Of a stretch of DNA of 64,000 nt, positions 40,094 to 54,401 are shown one piece after another (position 1 is the stretch's first letter; the number at the start of each line of letters is the position of its first letter). The notes under the pieces were generated by a model. The model was given only the letters and a program-made list of their open reading frames with translations. It did not search any database and was not told the origin of the DNA. The position numbers were made by a program, and so were the translations under genes. Location of the stretch: NCBI GenBank assembly GCA_951406725.2, contig OX597818.1, positions 110,174,001 to 110,238,000 of the forward strand, in the 5' to 3' direction. This DNA comes from Octopus vulgaris. Lineage: Eukaryota.

Positions 40094-43000
40094 GTAGTAC
40101 TAGTAGTAGTTGAAGCCGGGTTCAGAATATTCTCGAGTGGGGGCGGTGTTTGAAATCGCTTTCATATCACCTGGAGGTAACACGAAACGGAAGTACCTCG
40201 AGGTCTTTACATCGATGTGGTTTTCACTTATCATTTACTGATGCACAGCAAATTTTCATCTCTGTACAACAACTAGCAAGCAAAGCTCTTAATATTTATA
40301 AAGTGCTCTTGTTGCTCAGCAAACAATACCTGAGCCAGCTCTAACGAGATATGAACGACATCTGCACGGTTACGACGTTTTGTTAGTAAGAGCTTTGATC
40401 ATGCGACTGTTAGCTTGTCGTTTTATCTAAGCGTCGATCAGCGATTCACCACATCCTGTAATTCTGCTGACATGAGTTATTTATAAATGCGTTTATAATA
40501 ACACTGATAGCATCTTCAGACCGAATCTCAAAATTCCAAGTTGGTTGGTAGATGTAATTATAAAATAAAGAGGTTTCATAAAGAAATATTGATATAATAA
40601 TGAAGTGCTATTATTTCAAACATTTACGTGCGAGATGTGATGGAGGAGATAGAAATCTTGAGATATAATGTATCAAAAGCGAAGCCAAAATAAAGGATAA
40701 AGAATAAAAAGAAAGAAGCTTCAACTAAAAATGTCCAACCGAGCTACAACGGAATATTTCTCTTGAGAATTCATCAAATTGGAAACCATAAATTACATTT
40801 GTTCCAACATGAATACAACCTGATAAAATAATTTCTTAAAAGATGTAAAGATGTTCACCTCGAGCTAAATGTGTAGGTTTAACAAGCACGTCGGCTTCTG
40901 AATACAACCGCTTCAATCAGCGCTGGGTTTTGTTTTCATGATACGTTCGCTGTCTATAACATATTCTAAAGATTATTTAGAAATATAAACATAATTAAGA
41001 ACATGAATACCAGAATATTCGAAAAAGAAGAGGTGAACATTTACTTGGAATATTGATGGAGAATAGTAGAAATCATAGGCTTCTTTTCACATTCTCCTAC
41101 CTAAGATCATAAACGTGTCCAGTAATAAATAATAGCATAACGTCCATATAATCATATTGAAACTGGTCACACGTCTGTGTTTAAGATGAGTTCGTCCATT
41201 TGATTGAATCAATACATAACTGGTATTTATCTATCAATAAATAAAGATTAAAAGACGAAGTGAACTCCAGTTGGTTTTGAACGTGAAGATATTTCGTCCG
41301 ACGTGGTAACACGCGAGCTCCTCCGGTACATACAACTGTCTACGGACGAACCATAAGGTTAATTACTGAACGAAAAGCTATTGTTAATTGACGGAGTAGA
41401 AGCGATTAAAATCGAAATCAAGCGCGACAGGATTTTAATGGAAAATGTGACGGGAAAACACGAGATATTTCTATGGATTTAGTCAAGAGATATAATGCTT
41501 TCACCAGGTCACTTATCTCTCATTTATAAATGTCGTTCTTGGATATACTGTATAAAAGTTGACGACCAGAACCCTAGACAGTATATCTTCCGATTCAGAC
41601 AGACGGCAGAAGTGTTTTTCTTATCAATAAGTATAAATCTATTGCGTGAAGGCACGATCATAAAGTCGTGAGCTCAATTCCCGGCGACGCGTTGTGTCCT
41701 TGAGCGAGACACTTTATTTCATATTGCTCCAGTCCACTCAGCTGGCGAAAATGAGAAGTACCTGTATTTCAAAGGGTCAGCCTTGTCACACTTTGTGTCA
41801 CGCTGAATCTCCCCGAGAACTACGTTAAGAGTACATGCGTCTGTGGAGTGCTCAGTCACATGCACGTTAATTTCACGAGTAAGCTGTTCCGTTGATCGTA
41901 TCAGCTGGGACGCTCGTCGTCGTGACCGACGGAGTGATCCTTTAATTTATTATATACAGAAATGATGTGATTTCAAAAATATACAAAACTAATAAGGTGG
42001 CGAGCTGGCAGAAACGTTAGCACGCCAGGCGAAATGCTTAGCGGTATTTCGTCTGCCGCTACGTTCTGAGTTCAAATTCCGCCGAGGTCAACTTTGCCTT
42101 TCATCCTTTCGGGGTCGATAAATTAATTACCAGTTACGCACTGGGGTCGATGTAATCGACATAATCCCTTTGTCTATCCTTGTTTGTCCCGTCTATGTTT
42201 AGCCCCTTGTGGGTAGTAAAGAAATATATACAAAACTGAAGTGGTCAAAACTGATTATATATCCCTCAATACCCAAGGGGGCCTATTGCTCTAAACTCTT
42301 TGCTAAATAATTCACATGGCAAAGATCTTTCGGGGACATAATTTGTGACTTCATCTTCAATACCGAGTGTAGAAAGATTTATCTTTCTTTAAGCAACTGC
42401 TCATGGCTGAGTTTATCTGTTTCTTTATTACCCACAAGGGACTAAACACAGAGAGGACAAAAAGGACAGACAGACGGATTAAGTCGATTATATCGACTCC
42501 AGTGCGTAACTGGTACTTAATCTATCGACCCCGAAAGGATGAAAGGCAAAATCGACCTCAGCGGAATTTAAACTCACAACGTACTGCTACACATTTCGGC
42601 CGGCGTGCTAACGATTCTGCCAGCTCGCCGCCTTTTCATGGATGAGTTTATCGACGTCAATCCAGCGTTTGTTTACAGAAAGGAAAAGAATTAAAAGGAA
42701 AAGTAGAATTAATGTTCAGATCTTGATAAAAGATTCAGTGCAGCCTATAAGTTTTTCGCGGGGAATTGAAACTGCTTAACATGGTTGATAGCCTATCTCT
42801 ACGCTGTGAACACCTATTAAATAAATATACCTTATACATCAAATTTTATATAAAACTGAACAATGTTTGGCGACAATTAAATTTTTATTAGAATTGAACT
42901 AAATATAGTTTTATTTTAGAGTGGATTTAAAACGCAAACTATTATTAGTTAAAGATAATTATACATAATAAACTAAGCGCATTAGCACATTAACTATATA

Positions 43001-44130
43001 TATATACGTTACAAAAATGGCTTTGTTAAAAAGACTGATCTAATTTGCGGAAATATCAAAAGAAAAATCTGAATAAAAAGTAATTAAATAATTTATGTAT
43101 CAATGATTATAGAGAATTTAACATTAAAAATATGACTGATTTCATTTATTTTTTCTTTCTTCAAAAGAGTGAATATATTTTAGGCGAATCTATTCTAGTA
43201 GTTTAGAGTGTTTTATATACATAGTGACAAGTTGAATAGAGATAATGGCGTAAAGTGTAAGAAATGCAGCTGTGAGAAAATCGATAGAGCATGAGTCAGG
43301 GATTTCAAGGCAGGAGGATACATAGGTATACAACTAGGAATCTACTCCACAACTTCCTTCTGCGACTTAAGGAGGAAATACAGAAAATTTCTTTAGGTTC
43401 TGTTCTGGATTTTTTTCTTCAATCTTTTTCGATGCCGGATGCACAGATCACTAGGAATATTGATATAAAATTATGTATCTACTAAACTTTCTAAATGCTT
43501 TTTTCATCTTTTTTTTTACTTTTGAAAAACGCGTCAGCCTAATAGGGTGGTGAATCAAAAGTATTTGTCTTGTAATGTAGGTCATTAGTTCTTGTGAAAG
43601 TCTAAATTACTCTGAAGAAACATTTTCACCGTTGTCTTTCTTTTTTTCTCATTGCATGACTCATTCAGCAGCACTGATGCATCAGCTAATGCATGTTTAC
43701 TGTTAAGCTGCAACTGTGCGTCGCAATCCCATATAAGGCTACAAGCATACAACACAGAAAAATAGTTTTGGAATTTAAACAAAAGGTTCTCTTCATCAAT
43801 TAAACAGGTGTTTTACCTGAAGTCAATGGAATTGCTTTGTTTCTTTTATATCAGCAAATAATAGAATTTACATTTAGAACCTCTCGTATTGTATACAGAT
43901 ACACACACACGCATAAGCTCACACACAAATACACGCACACATGCACACACACAAACACACCCATAACAACATGTACGTCTGTAGGCGGATGGGTCTCTGT
44001 ATGTACATAGGTATAATTATGTATGTGTGTATGTATATATATATATAAATATATTTTCATTCATATATATATACACACACACACCCATACACACACGCAT
44101 ATATGCATAATATATATATCTGTATATATG

Positions 44131-44177
<47 letters not shown>

Positions 44178-45411
44178 GTATGTAATTATGTATGTATGCA
44201 TGAGTGTATGTATGTATGTATAAAGACATGACACATTGAATAGGTGTCATTAATAATTGATAATTTAAATTTTTAATCGTGACTTCCCAATCAAAGCCAG
44301 GTCTAAAGAACACCACATAATGCAGCTCTTTTAGTCGTGATATGATTTGTGTAAAACGTCAGTTTCTCGAGCTGCGATTTAATAGGCTTCAGTGTTGCTT
44401 CTCAAATAGATTAGAAGACGGTCATTACAATAATGGCTATATTGATAAGTTATTGCCTAATTATGGTTCCGGTATAACAGGCTATTGTATAATGGAAGAC
44501 TGAAAGGGCCGTAGAAGTAGCAAATGGACGTTGACCCAAAACTAATTCTATTAACTGGGAGTAATTGAGAATAATTTGGCGATAAATTTCACGCACATTA
44601 TATGTATTATATGCGACACGCATACACTCACTCACAGACGCACACGCATATATTTTTGAATGCATGTGTGTGTGTCTATGTGTATAAAACTATATGTCTA
44701 TATGAAAGAGCGTGTGTGTGTGTATGTGTGTGTGTGCGTGTATGTGTGTGTGTGTGTGTCTGTGTGTGTCTGTACAAAAACCACATATTCCTAAATGCCT
44801 CGGGCATCTGTCGGTCAGCGTTGACTATACATGTGCTTATGAATGTTAAGATCGACGCAAAATAATTTTCGGAAGTGCCCACGCATACAAGCCTGCCCTC
44901 TCCATGTTAGCGGATATTTATCTCAGAGGAAAGCCTTGTAACTTGGGCCGGCACCTTCTGGCCTCAGTGTCGTTTCAGGTGAGACTACCAGAACACAAAG
45001 AACCCCCAACAGATACGAGAAGGCATCTTGCTCGATCCTCCAGCAGTTCCATTATCCTGGATTGGAACATGTTGTTTGACTCCGAAATATTTGACAGAGT
45101 TGACATTCGTGGTATTTGAACCAGGAGCGCATAGAGATGGAGAAATATGCACTCTTACGACTAAATATTCTAAGTAGTGGTTTCAAATTTTGGAACAAGG
45201 ACAACAATTTCGAGTACGTCGATGTACCAGTGTTCAACTGATACTTATTTCTTCGACTCCGGAAGGATGGAACGTAAAGTCGACCTCGGAGAAATTTGAA
45301 CTTAGAACGTAAAGACAGACGAAATGCAGTTCTGTATTTTGCCCGTCGTGCTAACGCTTGTGCCAGCTCACCGCTCTCTGAATGCTAAATATTGACGCAG
45401 AATAACTAACT

Positions 45412-45828
45412 GCATCGAGCTGGCAAAAGCGTTTGCACGCCGGGCGAAATGCTTTGCAGTATTTCGTCTGCCGCTACGTTCTGAGTTCAAATTCCGCCGA
45501 GGTAGACTTTGCCTTTCATCCGTTCGGGGTCGATTAAATAAGTACCAGTTACGCACTGGGGTCGATGTAATCGACTTAATCCTTGTTTGTCTGTCCTTGT
45601 TTGTCCTCTCTGTGTTTTGCCCCTTGTGGGTAGTAAAGAAATAGGTATTTCGTCTGTCGTTACGTTCTGAGTTCAAATTCCGCCGAGGTCGACTTTGACT
45701 TTCATCCTTTCGGGGATCGATAAATTAAGTACCAGTTACGCACTGGGGTCGATATAATCAACTTAATCCATTTGTCTGTCCTTGTTTGTCCCCTCTGTGT
45801 TTAGCCCCTTGTGGGCAGTAAAGAAATA
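45412..45828 (+). mobile_element. SINE family B dimer, head-to-head with the copy at 45170-45375
   Basis: Two units joined at AAAGAAATA|GGTATTTCG. Confidence 0.85.
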
Positions 45829-46429
45829 CGAATAACTAAATGCGAGAACATCTGAAATAATCTGCGTCATTAATAAATGCTAAAATTTCGAAAATCTGGG
45901 TTCCGTTCTTTGAAAATTTAAATAGCCGTTTGCTTGTTGTCTCTTTTTTGTTTTTGGAGTTTTTTTTTATAAGGAACTTTCTTGTGTATCTTAAGGGTAG
46001 GGAATCTTTTTTTCATGCGTCACTGTATGCTTTTTCTAATTTAGATCCAAGTGAATCGGCCCCACGTTGGATTACTTCATACGGCCTCATAATGATCATC
46101 ACATTACAATTATTGCCTTTTGAACTAAAGTAAAAATCTGTGTTAAAATGGTAACATAATTTAATTGACCCTACATGTTCTCTGATAATATTGTGTAAAC
46201 GATCTCAGCAGTACAAAGCGTAAAATCGATATTGACAGAAATTGATTGCAAAATGCGAATGTAGTTAATTAAATACCACAAGGTATTTAAACCCTTGTAT
46301 TATCGAATCTCTCTTCCAACATACTTCTTAAAATTTAATACCCGTGCCATCGAAATATTGAACATTGTGTAAAGGTGAATAAAATATAATTATAGTCGGA
46401 AAAACTACATTTAGTTTTGAATGCAGATC

Positions 46430-46810
46430 TCGTGGCACTCCGTCGGTTGCGACGATGAGGGTTACAGTTAATCTGATCAACGAAACAGCTTGCTCATGAA
46501 ATTAACATGCAAGTGGCTGAGCACTCCACAGACACGCGCACCTTTAACGTATGTCTCAGGAAGATTCAGCGTGACACAGGTTGTGACAAGGCTGGCCCTT
46601 TCAAATACAGGTACAACAGAAACAGAAATAGTGAGAGAAAGTTATGGTGTAAGAGTACGGCAGGGTTCGCCACCCACCCCCTGCCGGAGCCTCGTGGAGC
46701 TTTAGGTATTTTCACTCAATAAACACTCACAACGCCCGATCTGGGAATCGAAGCCGCGATCCTACAACCGCGAATCCGCTGCCCTAACCGCTGGACCATT
46801 GCACCTCCTG
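46430..46810 (-). mobile_element. SINE with family D head and family C tail
   Basis: 46630-46810 matches 18180-18345; 46430-46615 is the reverse complement of 41760-41937. Confidence 0.8.
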
Positions 46811-47134
46811 AATACAGATATTTGCATGTTGTAAAGCACAATGGCAGTAAGAATATAAAGGTTTCCAGACGGAGGCATTTGCTGTTTCAGAGCTCACAGT
46901 CAAATATATGACAAGGTTACATATTTTCACCCAACCAACGGACAGAATAAGAAAATTGTTCAGTTACAAGATAGAAAAGGTTGTAAATCTTGGCAGGATT
47001 ATTGAAATGATTAACGTTGTAGTTGCAGAATATAAAACAATGTTTCATGTCTAAGGTCTATCTTAACTCTACATTAGAGGAACTGTGTGTGTGTGCGTGT
47101 TTATGCGTACGTGTACGCATGTGTAAGTCTTATT

Positions 47135-47166
<32 letters not shown>

Positions 47167-47272
47167 TATATTATATTGGTATGTATTAATTCGCATTGAA
47201 CTTCTTAAAAAAGACATATTTTTATACATTTCTCTCAAGAAGTCCTAAACAAATATGTATGTATATGTATGT

Positions 47273-47331
<59 letters not shown>

Positions 47332-47388
47332 TATATATATATACGTGTGTGTGATGTGCGTGTGAGCGTGTGTCTGTATATATGCATG

Positions 47389-47478
<90 letters not shown>

Positions 47479-47530
47479 TACATATATATATACATACACA
47501 TACATATATACACACACACGCACACACACA

Positions 47531-47624
<94 letters not shown>

Positions 47625-47940
47625 TTTGTAAATATATTCAGTTATAATAAAAACAATTGTACATTATGTAATGGGTTACCCTACACCATTGTAGAGTATA
47701 AATTTATTATTCTGAAACAAGAATATGTTCGACATTGGCAATATATATGTTTGTGTGTGTGCGCGCGTGAGTAACTCCTATCTAACAACCAATGCTCGTT
47801 GCTATAAATCATTAAAATTCGTTTTCTCGTGAAACTTACAAACTCCTATAGCAACGTAAATTATTAAGCTTACAATATAGTATTGAACGACATGCTTACA
47901 TATATACGTAGACACACACACACACACTCACGCACATACA

Positions 47941-48002
<62 letters not shown>

Positions 48003-48175
48003 CATACAAGTGAATCTAATCTCCACATCAATATGGCTGTTCAGTGTTACAACCAGTTTAATTCTAAGCAAATCATCCGCCAGTTGGTTATAGATGCAAT
48101 GTGCACCCTGTATATATATTTTGCCAGCAGTGGGGTGGCGAACCCCTACCAACCCCCAGAAAACTACAGTATCTT

Positions 48176-48216
48176 GAGACCGATTCGGTTTCGACCTAGC
48201 TTGCTCTTCCTCAGTC
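48176..48216 (-). ncRNA. Hammerhead ribozyme motif, partly decayed
   Basis: Minus strand GA-CTGAGGA-a-GAGC aagcta GGTC-GAAAC-CGAATCG-GTC-TC. Intact core and 4-bp stem III, but stem I is only 2 bp and stem II has one mismatch. Confidence 0.65.
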
Positions 48217-50852
48217 GCGAACACCTGTGTGCATCGACAGTTCATCCAACACACCAACTCAACCACATACACACAAACACTGAGAAATTTCTGAACTCAA
48301 AAAGTATTGTCGATTCATTAGAGACTGACTTGAACTCGCTCAACAACTTAAATTAAACTCAAAGAAAAATCACACATGCATGCATACACGCATACATACA
48401 TACATACATACATACATACATACATACATACATACATACACACACACATACATACACACACACACATACATACATACATACATACATACATACATACATA
48501 CATACATACATACATACATACATACATACATACATACATGCATGCATACATACATACATACATATTTTTTACATTTTTGAACGCACTGAAACTTAATAGA
48601 AAGATTCCTCCTTCATATGAGAGAGAGATTGAAAACTGTCAGCTCCGGGAACCTAAATTTAATTCAATTATAATACATTATTAGGAATGCCATTAGAGTT
48701 GAGAAAATGTCTGTTTTACTTTAGGACTAATTTAGCTTCTTGTGTTCCATTGTTGCTAAGAGGAATAGCAACAATATCATACAAAATGAACAAAGAAAAT
48801 TTTCCCTTCGGACATTCCGTTATCTTTCTAGATTTTAAAAAATTTTTCTGACGAACATTTCTTCCTCTCATCTGTTTTACTATGTCTATATCTATCTATC
48901 GTTCTTGCTGACTTAACCCTTTTCTTTCAATTCCATTTCCATCATAATCATTTCCTTTTCCTTAACAATTGCACACTAATTCCATATACTGGCGCATATT
49001 CTGCAGATTCTTTCTCCCTCATTAGATTACTTCGTAAATTCTTTCAGAAATGGTCATCCAAAAACTAGTATGTTTAGAAACCTGACTTTCTAATCGCCGT
49101 TTTACAACATCGGTTAATTTACAAATCCATCAGTCAGAAATTAGATATTTACTTTTTTTAGTTCAAGTGGAGAGTTTCTAACACTCAAATAGATTCTTCG
49201 AATATCTACCAGTAAATTGACTCAACGTATAGATTAGTCAGAGTAAAAACTATGAATTATCATCTCACAGAGATAGATAAAAGTTTTGTCGTATGTGAGC
49301 AAAGGAATTTTCCTTCCCAGCTCCACCAGGTTGTCAATATTTCAAATAAACAGTTTTCTCTTTTCCGTGATACGTAATTGATTCTTCATTATGTGAAGAA
49401 TTAATTATATATGCTGTTATAGTGTATGGATGATACTTAATTGACTTTAATTATATTCTATTGAAGATGATTAATCACAAAGTTTCTACAGACAGCTTGT
49501 TACTAAATTGCAATCAGACGTTCTCAAAGGTCAGTTGCTGGATTTTTGCTTGGTTACCAGACAGATAAACCGAAGCAAAATATAGACTTTCCGGAAGATG
49601 TCGTACATTTGTCTCAGACAGCCAAATATTGAACTACATAAAAAGGATGTCCAAGTTGAGAGTTTTGGACCATTAAAGAGGCATTATGAGGTTTGTTATT
49701 GTAGGTAGTGATGGAATTGAATTCTTAAATCTGATGAAATCAATTTAAAATCAGCCACGGAATAAGTTGCTTAAGTGTGTGTTTCACCAGATTAAATTCT
49801 AGGCACACTAGATAAAATCCAAATTGTTTCATTCGTTCAAATGTTATGTTAATTAAACTTGAGAGTAGAACCGTACCTAAGTATCATAGATCTTTATGAA
49901 TTAATGAACTCTTTTTAGCAGAGAAATAAGAAATCCGATTTCTGTTTAGGCTTTGGTTTTAGGTTTGAAATAGTTTATAATAGTTTCTGCGGAGATGATT
50001 TTCACATTGTTATGAAAACCATAGGCATTAGCTCTAGTTATTCCGAGAAATTTTATTTAAAATAATCCCTCTTTGCATTAACTGAAATTTTATTCGTCAC
50101 CATCTTGTTGTTAAGTGATTAAATTGTGAAGTGGGAAGCGAGCAACAAGGCTCAACCTGCATAGTTAGATGTTATAGGAGCATAATGCTTTTATCCAAGA
50201 ATAGAGGGCGGTAAATCATTGGAATTGTTAGAATCTCCAATAGGATGCCTTGCAGTGTTGGTTCCAGCTTCCTGCGCTCTGATTTTGTCAAGCTAGGCCA
50301 GACCAGTGAAGTACTGAAATCATGTTCTCCCACACTTTTTCTCTGTCTTTGTCTGTCTGTCTGTCTCTCTCTGTCTCTGTCTCTCTCTCTCTCTCTCTCT
50401 CACATACTTTTCTGCTCTCTCGTTACTTCTCTCTCTCTCTCACTTCTTCGGTCTTTCTCAGAACATCGACTATACTAAACGATCTTTCATCCTTTCGGGG
50501 TCGATAAATTAAATACCAGTTACGCACTGGGGTCGATGTAATCGACTTAATCCGTTTGTCTGTCCTTGTTTGTCCCCTCTATGTTTAGCCCCTTGTGGGT
50601 AATGAAGAAACATATACTAAACGAACCAAGAATGTTCTCATCACCACCACACAAATAATTTGCCCCCATCCCCGTTTGAGGTGAAAGATAAAGAGAGATT
50701 GCAATCCTGCTTCTAATGCAGAGAGCAGTCGATACTCCACGACGCTGTCAATATATAATTCATCACCGCCATATTAGACATTAATTACAATCCTAGACGT
50801 CCTTTGAACCTTTTAACGTGTTTCTGTTAGGTCTATGATATATATGTGTGTA

Positions 50853-50905
<53 letters not shown>

Positions 50906-51267
50906 AGGCGCGTGGTTAAGTGGTAAGGGTGTCAGCATCATGATCTCAATATTGTGGTTTCGATTCCTGGACCGGGTGACGCGTTGTGTTCTGGAGCAAA
51001 ACACTTCATTTCACGTTGCTCCAGTCCACTCAGCTGGCAAAAATGAGTAACGCTGCGACGGACTGGCTTTCTTCTTTTTTTTGTACTCTTTTATTTGTTT
51101 CGGTCATTTGACTACGGCCATGCCGGAGCACTGCATTTAGTCGAACAGTTCGACCCCGGGACTTATTCTCTGGAAGCCTAGTACTTATTCTATCGGTCTC
51201 TTTTGCCGATACGGGGACGCAAACACACCAACATCGGTTGTCAAGCGATGTGAGGGACAAACACACG

Positions 51268-51310
<43 letters not shown>

Positions 51311-51364
51311 CTTGCTATCTCTCTCTCTCTATATATATATATATACTTATATATGTGTATATAA

Positions 51365-51560
51365 AGTTAATCCAAACAAGAAAGCACAAAAGAAAACACA
51401 ACAACGCGAGGACGTGGAACAAATATAGTATTATTGGACGCTCGGGAAAGAAGGAAAGAAGGAGGGTTTAACGTTTCGAGCGGAGCTCTTCGTCGGAAAC
51501 ATAGGAGAAGGAAAGATCCAGAGAAGGGAAGACAGGAAAAAAATCGCCAACGGTACACAC
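51365..51560 (-). mobile_element. Penelope-like pLTR fragment; related pieces at 25698-25878 and 59925-59988
   Basis: Shared ..GTATT..GACGCTCGGGAA..CGTTTCGAG.. layout. Carries the 51466 motif, which has an internal deletion in the 25.8-kb copy. Confidence 0.55.
51466..51500 (-). ncRNA. Hammerhead-like variant (U4C core)
   Basis: Minus strand GTTT-CCGACGA-a-GAGC tcc GCTC-GAAAC-GTT-AAAC. Stems I and II pair perfectly, palindrome AACGTT. Confidence 0.6.
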
Positions 51561-52025
51561 GAGTTGGTTGGGAAGCAAGCTCCTTACCACGCAGCCATGC
51601 CTGCGCCTGTCTCTGTTTTCTGTTTCTTACATTTGAACCATATATAAAACATAATATAATATAATATAATATATATATGTGTGTGTGTATATACATATAT
51701 ACATACATATAGGCGCCGGAGTAGCCGTGTGGTAAGAAGCTTGCTTCCCAACCACATTCCTCTGCGTTCCGTCCCACTGTAGCACCTTATGCGAGTGTCT
51801 TTTACTATAATCTCGGCCCGACTAAAGGCTTGTGAATTTGAAGGCCATCGTATCAGTGCGTGTGTGTATGTTTGTGTGATTTGGTATGTGTGAGTGTATG
51901 TATATGTGTGTGTGTCATTACGTACCCCACCACCGCTAGACAACCGGCGTTAAATATCTCCCTCTCCCTCACTGTCTCTCTCTCTCTCTCTCTCTCTCTC
52001 GCTCTCTCTTTCTCTCTCTCTCTCT

Positions 52026-52072
<47 letters not shown>

Positions 52073-52696
52073 CTCACACACATTTATCATAATATCATGT
52101 TTTGAAATAGACTTTTGTTTCGACTAACTTCGTAGTTGAAGGAAATCTATGCTCTTAAGATTATAGCTTTTAAAGACGATCGAATTTTAGTGTAAATAAA
52201 ACCGCAAACGATGACATTAATAGGCCAATCAATTCCTTTATTATATTAAACACTGCTTTCACAAATATAAATCTCAAATTACATATAAATTCTTACCACT
52301 AAAACCTCTTTCAAAGCAAATCGAATTTTTTTCATTCTCATCTTATTTTCACTTTAGTCTAGCTTATTATATTTATCTTCGATTTCGCCATTGATATTTT
52401 ATTAATAAAAATTTCTGGTTTTTTTCATAATATTTTTGAAAACAATTAAACATTAATTTTTATGAATATATGAAATATACAATGTGCTCTTTCTTTGAAG
52501 TGACCTCTGATGTGAAATGCCTAAATACGGACAGCTTGTATTCTAATATTCTACTTAGAAATCATTGAATGTTGTTTTAAGTGCGACTGTAAAGAAGCGT
52601 TAGCAGAAGATAGATGCTATTATTGGACATTTATTACAATTATATGTTGAAGAATTTATTTTGGCGTTTAACACTTTCATACAAATACATACATAC

Positions 52697-52785
<89 letters not shown>

Positions 52786-52851
52786 ATATATACGTGTGTT
52801 GTGTATTTGTCTTTGTACATACGCACACACACACACACACACACATATATA

Positions 52852-52981
52852 CAGGGTGTCCCCCAAAAATGTATACACACCTTAAATAATTGTAAATTTG
52901 TTATTCTTTGTAAGCCTAGTACTTATTCTATCGTTTCTTTTGCCGAACCACTATGTGTATACATTTTTTTGGGACACCCTG
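52852..52981. mobile_element. Tc1/mariner-type MITE
   Basis: TA TSD; ~28-bp TIR CAGGGTGTCCC..AAAAATGTATACACA. Confidence 0.85.
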
Positions 52982-52990
52982 TATATATTT

Positions 52991-53220
52991 AAGGCGGCGA
53001 GCTGGCAGAACCGTTAGCACGCCGGGCGAAATGCGTAGCCGTATTTCGTCTGCCGTTACGTTCTGGATTCAAATTCCGCCGAGGTCGACTTTGCCTTTCA
53101 TCCTTTCGGGGTCGATAAATTAAGTACCAATTACGCACTGGGGTCGATATAATCGACTTAATCCGTTTGTCTGTCCTTGTTTATCCCCTCTGTGTTTAGT
53201 CTCTTGTGGGTAGTAAAGAT
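52991..53220 (+). mobile_element. tRNA-derived SINE family B (Meta/MESC-like domain), monomer
   Basis: GGCGGCGAGCTGGCAGAA..GTTCAAATTCC..GTCGACTTTGCCTTTCATCCTTTCGGGGTCGATAAATTAAGTACC. Other monomers: 8398-8615(+), 17535-17745(-), 21755-21990(-), 41994-42226(+), 42420-42633(-), 45170-45375(-), 50483-50610(+). Confidence 0.88.
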
Positions 53221-53240
53221 ATATATATATATATATATTT

Positions 53241-53550
53241 AAGAAGGAAAAATATGCAAAAACGCACAGGAGGTTTGTATAATAAAATTTATGCTAGTAT
53301 TAATATAATGACAACAAAAATGGCGTTCCCATGAGTTAAATCTAAGACTTTGCAAGTTTGTTAAGTGTAAGACGCGAAACGGGTACTCCCAGTTTATTAT
53401 TTAATGTTGTAATACAACTCTTTATTGTCATTATGATATTAATATTAGCATAAATCTAATTATACAAACCTCCTGTGCGTTTTTACATATTTTTCTTTCT
53501 TAATCATTTACAACCACGTGTAAACAAGATCTGACATCTTTATGTTTTAT
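53241..53550. mobile_element. Fold-back cassette between TA tracts (probably Penelope-like)
   Basis: ~80-bp inverted arms 53241-53318 / 53421-53501; internal ACGC-GAAAC-GG-GTA half motif. Confidence 0.5.
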
Positions 53551-53552
53551 AT

Positions 53553-53592
<40 letters not shown>

Positions 53593-53730
53593 CATTGTTG
53601 AAGAAGACAACAAACGTTGAGGCAAGGAAAACACCTCAAGTCATAAACATTATTATTATTGGAAAAAATTCCAAATCATACCCCTGTTTCTGGGATATCC
53701 CAGAGTAGGGTATATTCCACCATCAGAGCC
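53593..53730 (-). mobile_element. Penelope-like pLTR fragment (family of 62518-62797)
   Basis: Reverse complement similar to 62661-62797; abuts (TA)n. Confidence 0.7.
53675..53730 (-). ncRNA. Decayed hammerhead, same family as 62661
   Basis: Minus strand CTGATGG-TGGAATATACCC..GGGATATCCCA-GAAAC-AGGG-GTA; flanks align with 62661-62797. Confidence 0.6.
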
Positions 53731-54271
53731 TTAGTAATCCGTTACAGCACTTACCTAGCGTACCTAATGTTTTAGATCACCTTGGAACTATTTCAATACC
53801 TTCCGTTGGTGTGAAGGTGCGCAGTAAAACTACCGGGTGTGGGTGGCCCCAGCTGTCCTCACAGTATCTTTCTAGGGGAGGGACCCTCTGATGTACAACG
53901 TGATTACTGGTCATCTTCGCTTCGGCCTGTCACCAGATAGAAATCACGGACGCTCAGAGAGTAGAAGTCGTGTTGTACAGGCGCTTATCACTATTATACA
54001 GGGAAGTACGGATGCCTCTGCTGCCTTCGATTGTCATTCCATCAACTGAAAGTCCCGTGGAAATGGAAGAATAGTGCCGTGTGCAAAGCGAACCATTTGG
54101 AGGCGCACAGTTAGGCACAACTTTCGTCTCTAACCTACACTTCAAAGCATGCAGAGGTATGCAACGAGACTAAACAGTCATATGGGAGGTCATGGACGGA
54201 ATGTTAGCAGTACCATTGACAACGAGGGAGAACAAGGAGGTGGCAATCTGTGCAGATGCAGTTATATGTGC

Positions 54272-54341
<70 letters not shown>

Positions 54342-54401
54342 ATTATTTACCTTGAAAATCTAAGTTGTTCACACTTGATAAATGATATATTAATGAATAT
54401 A

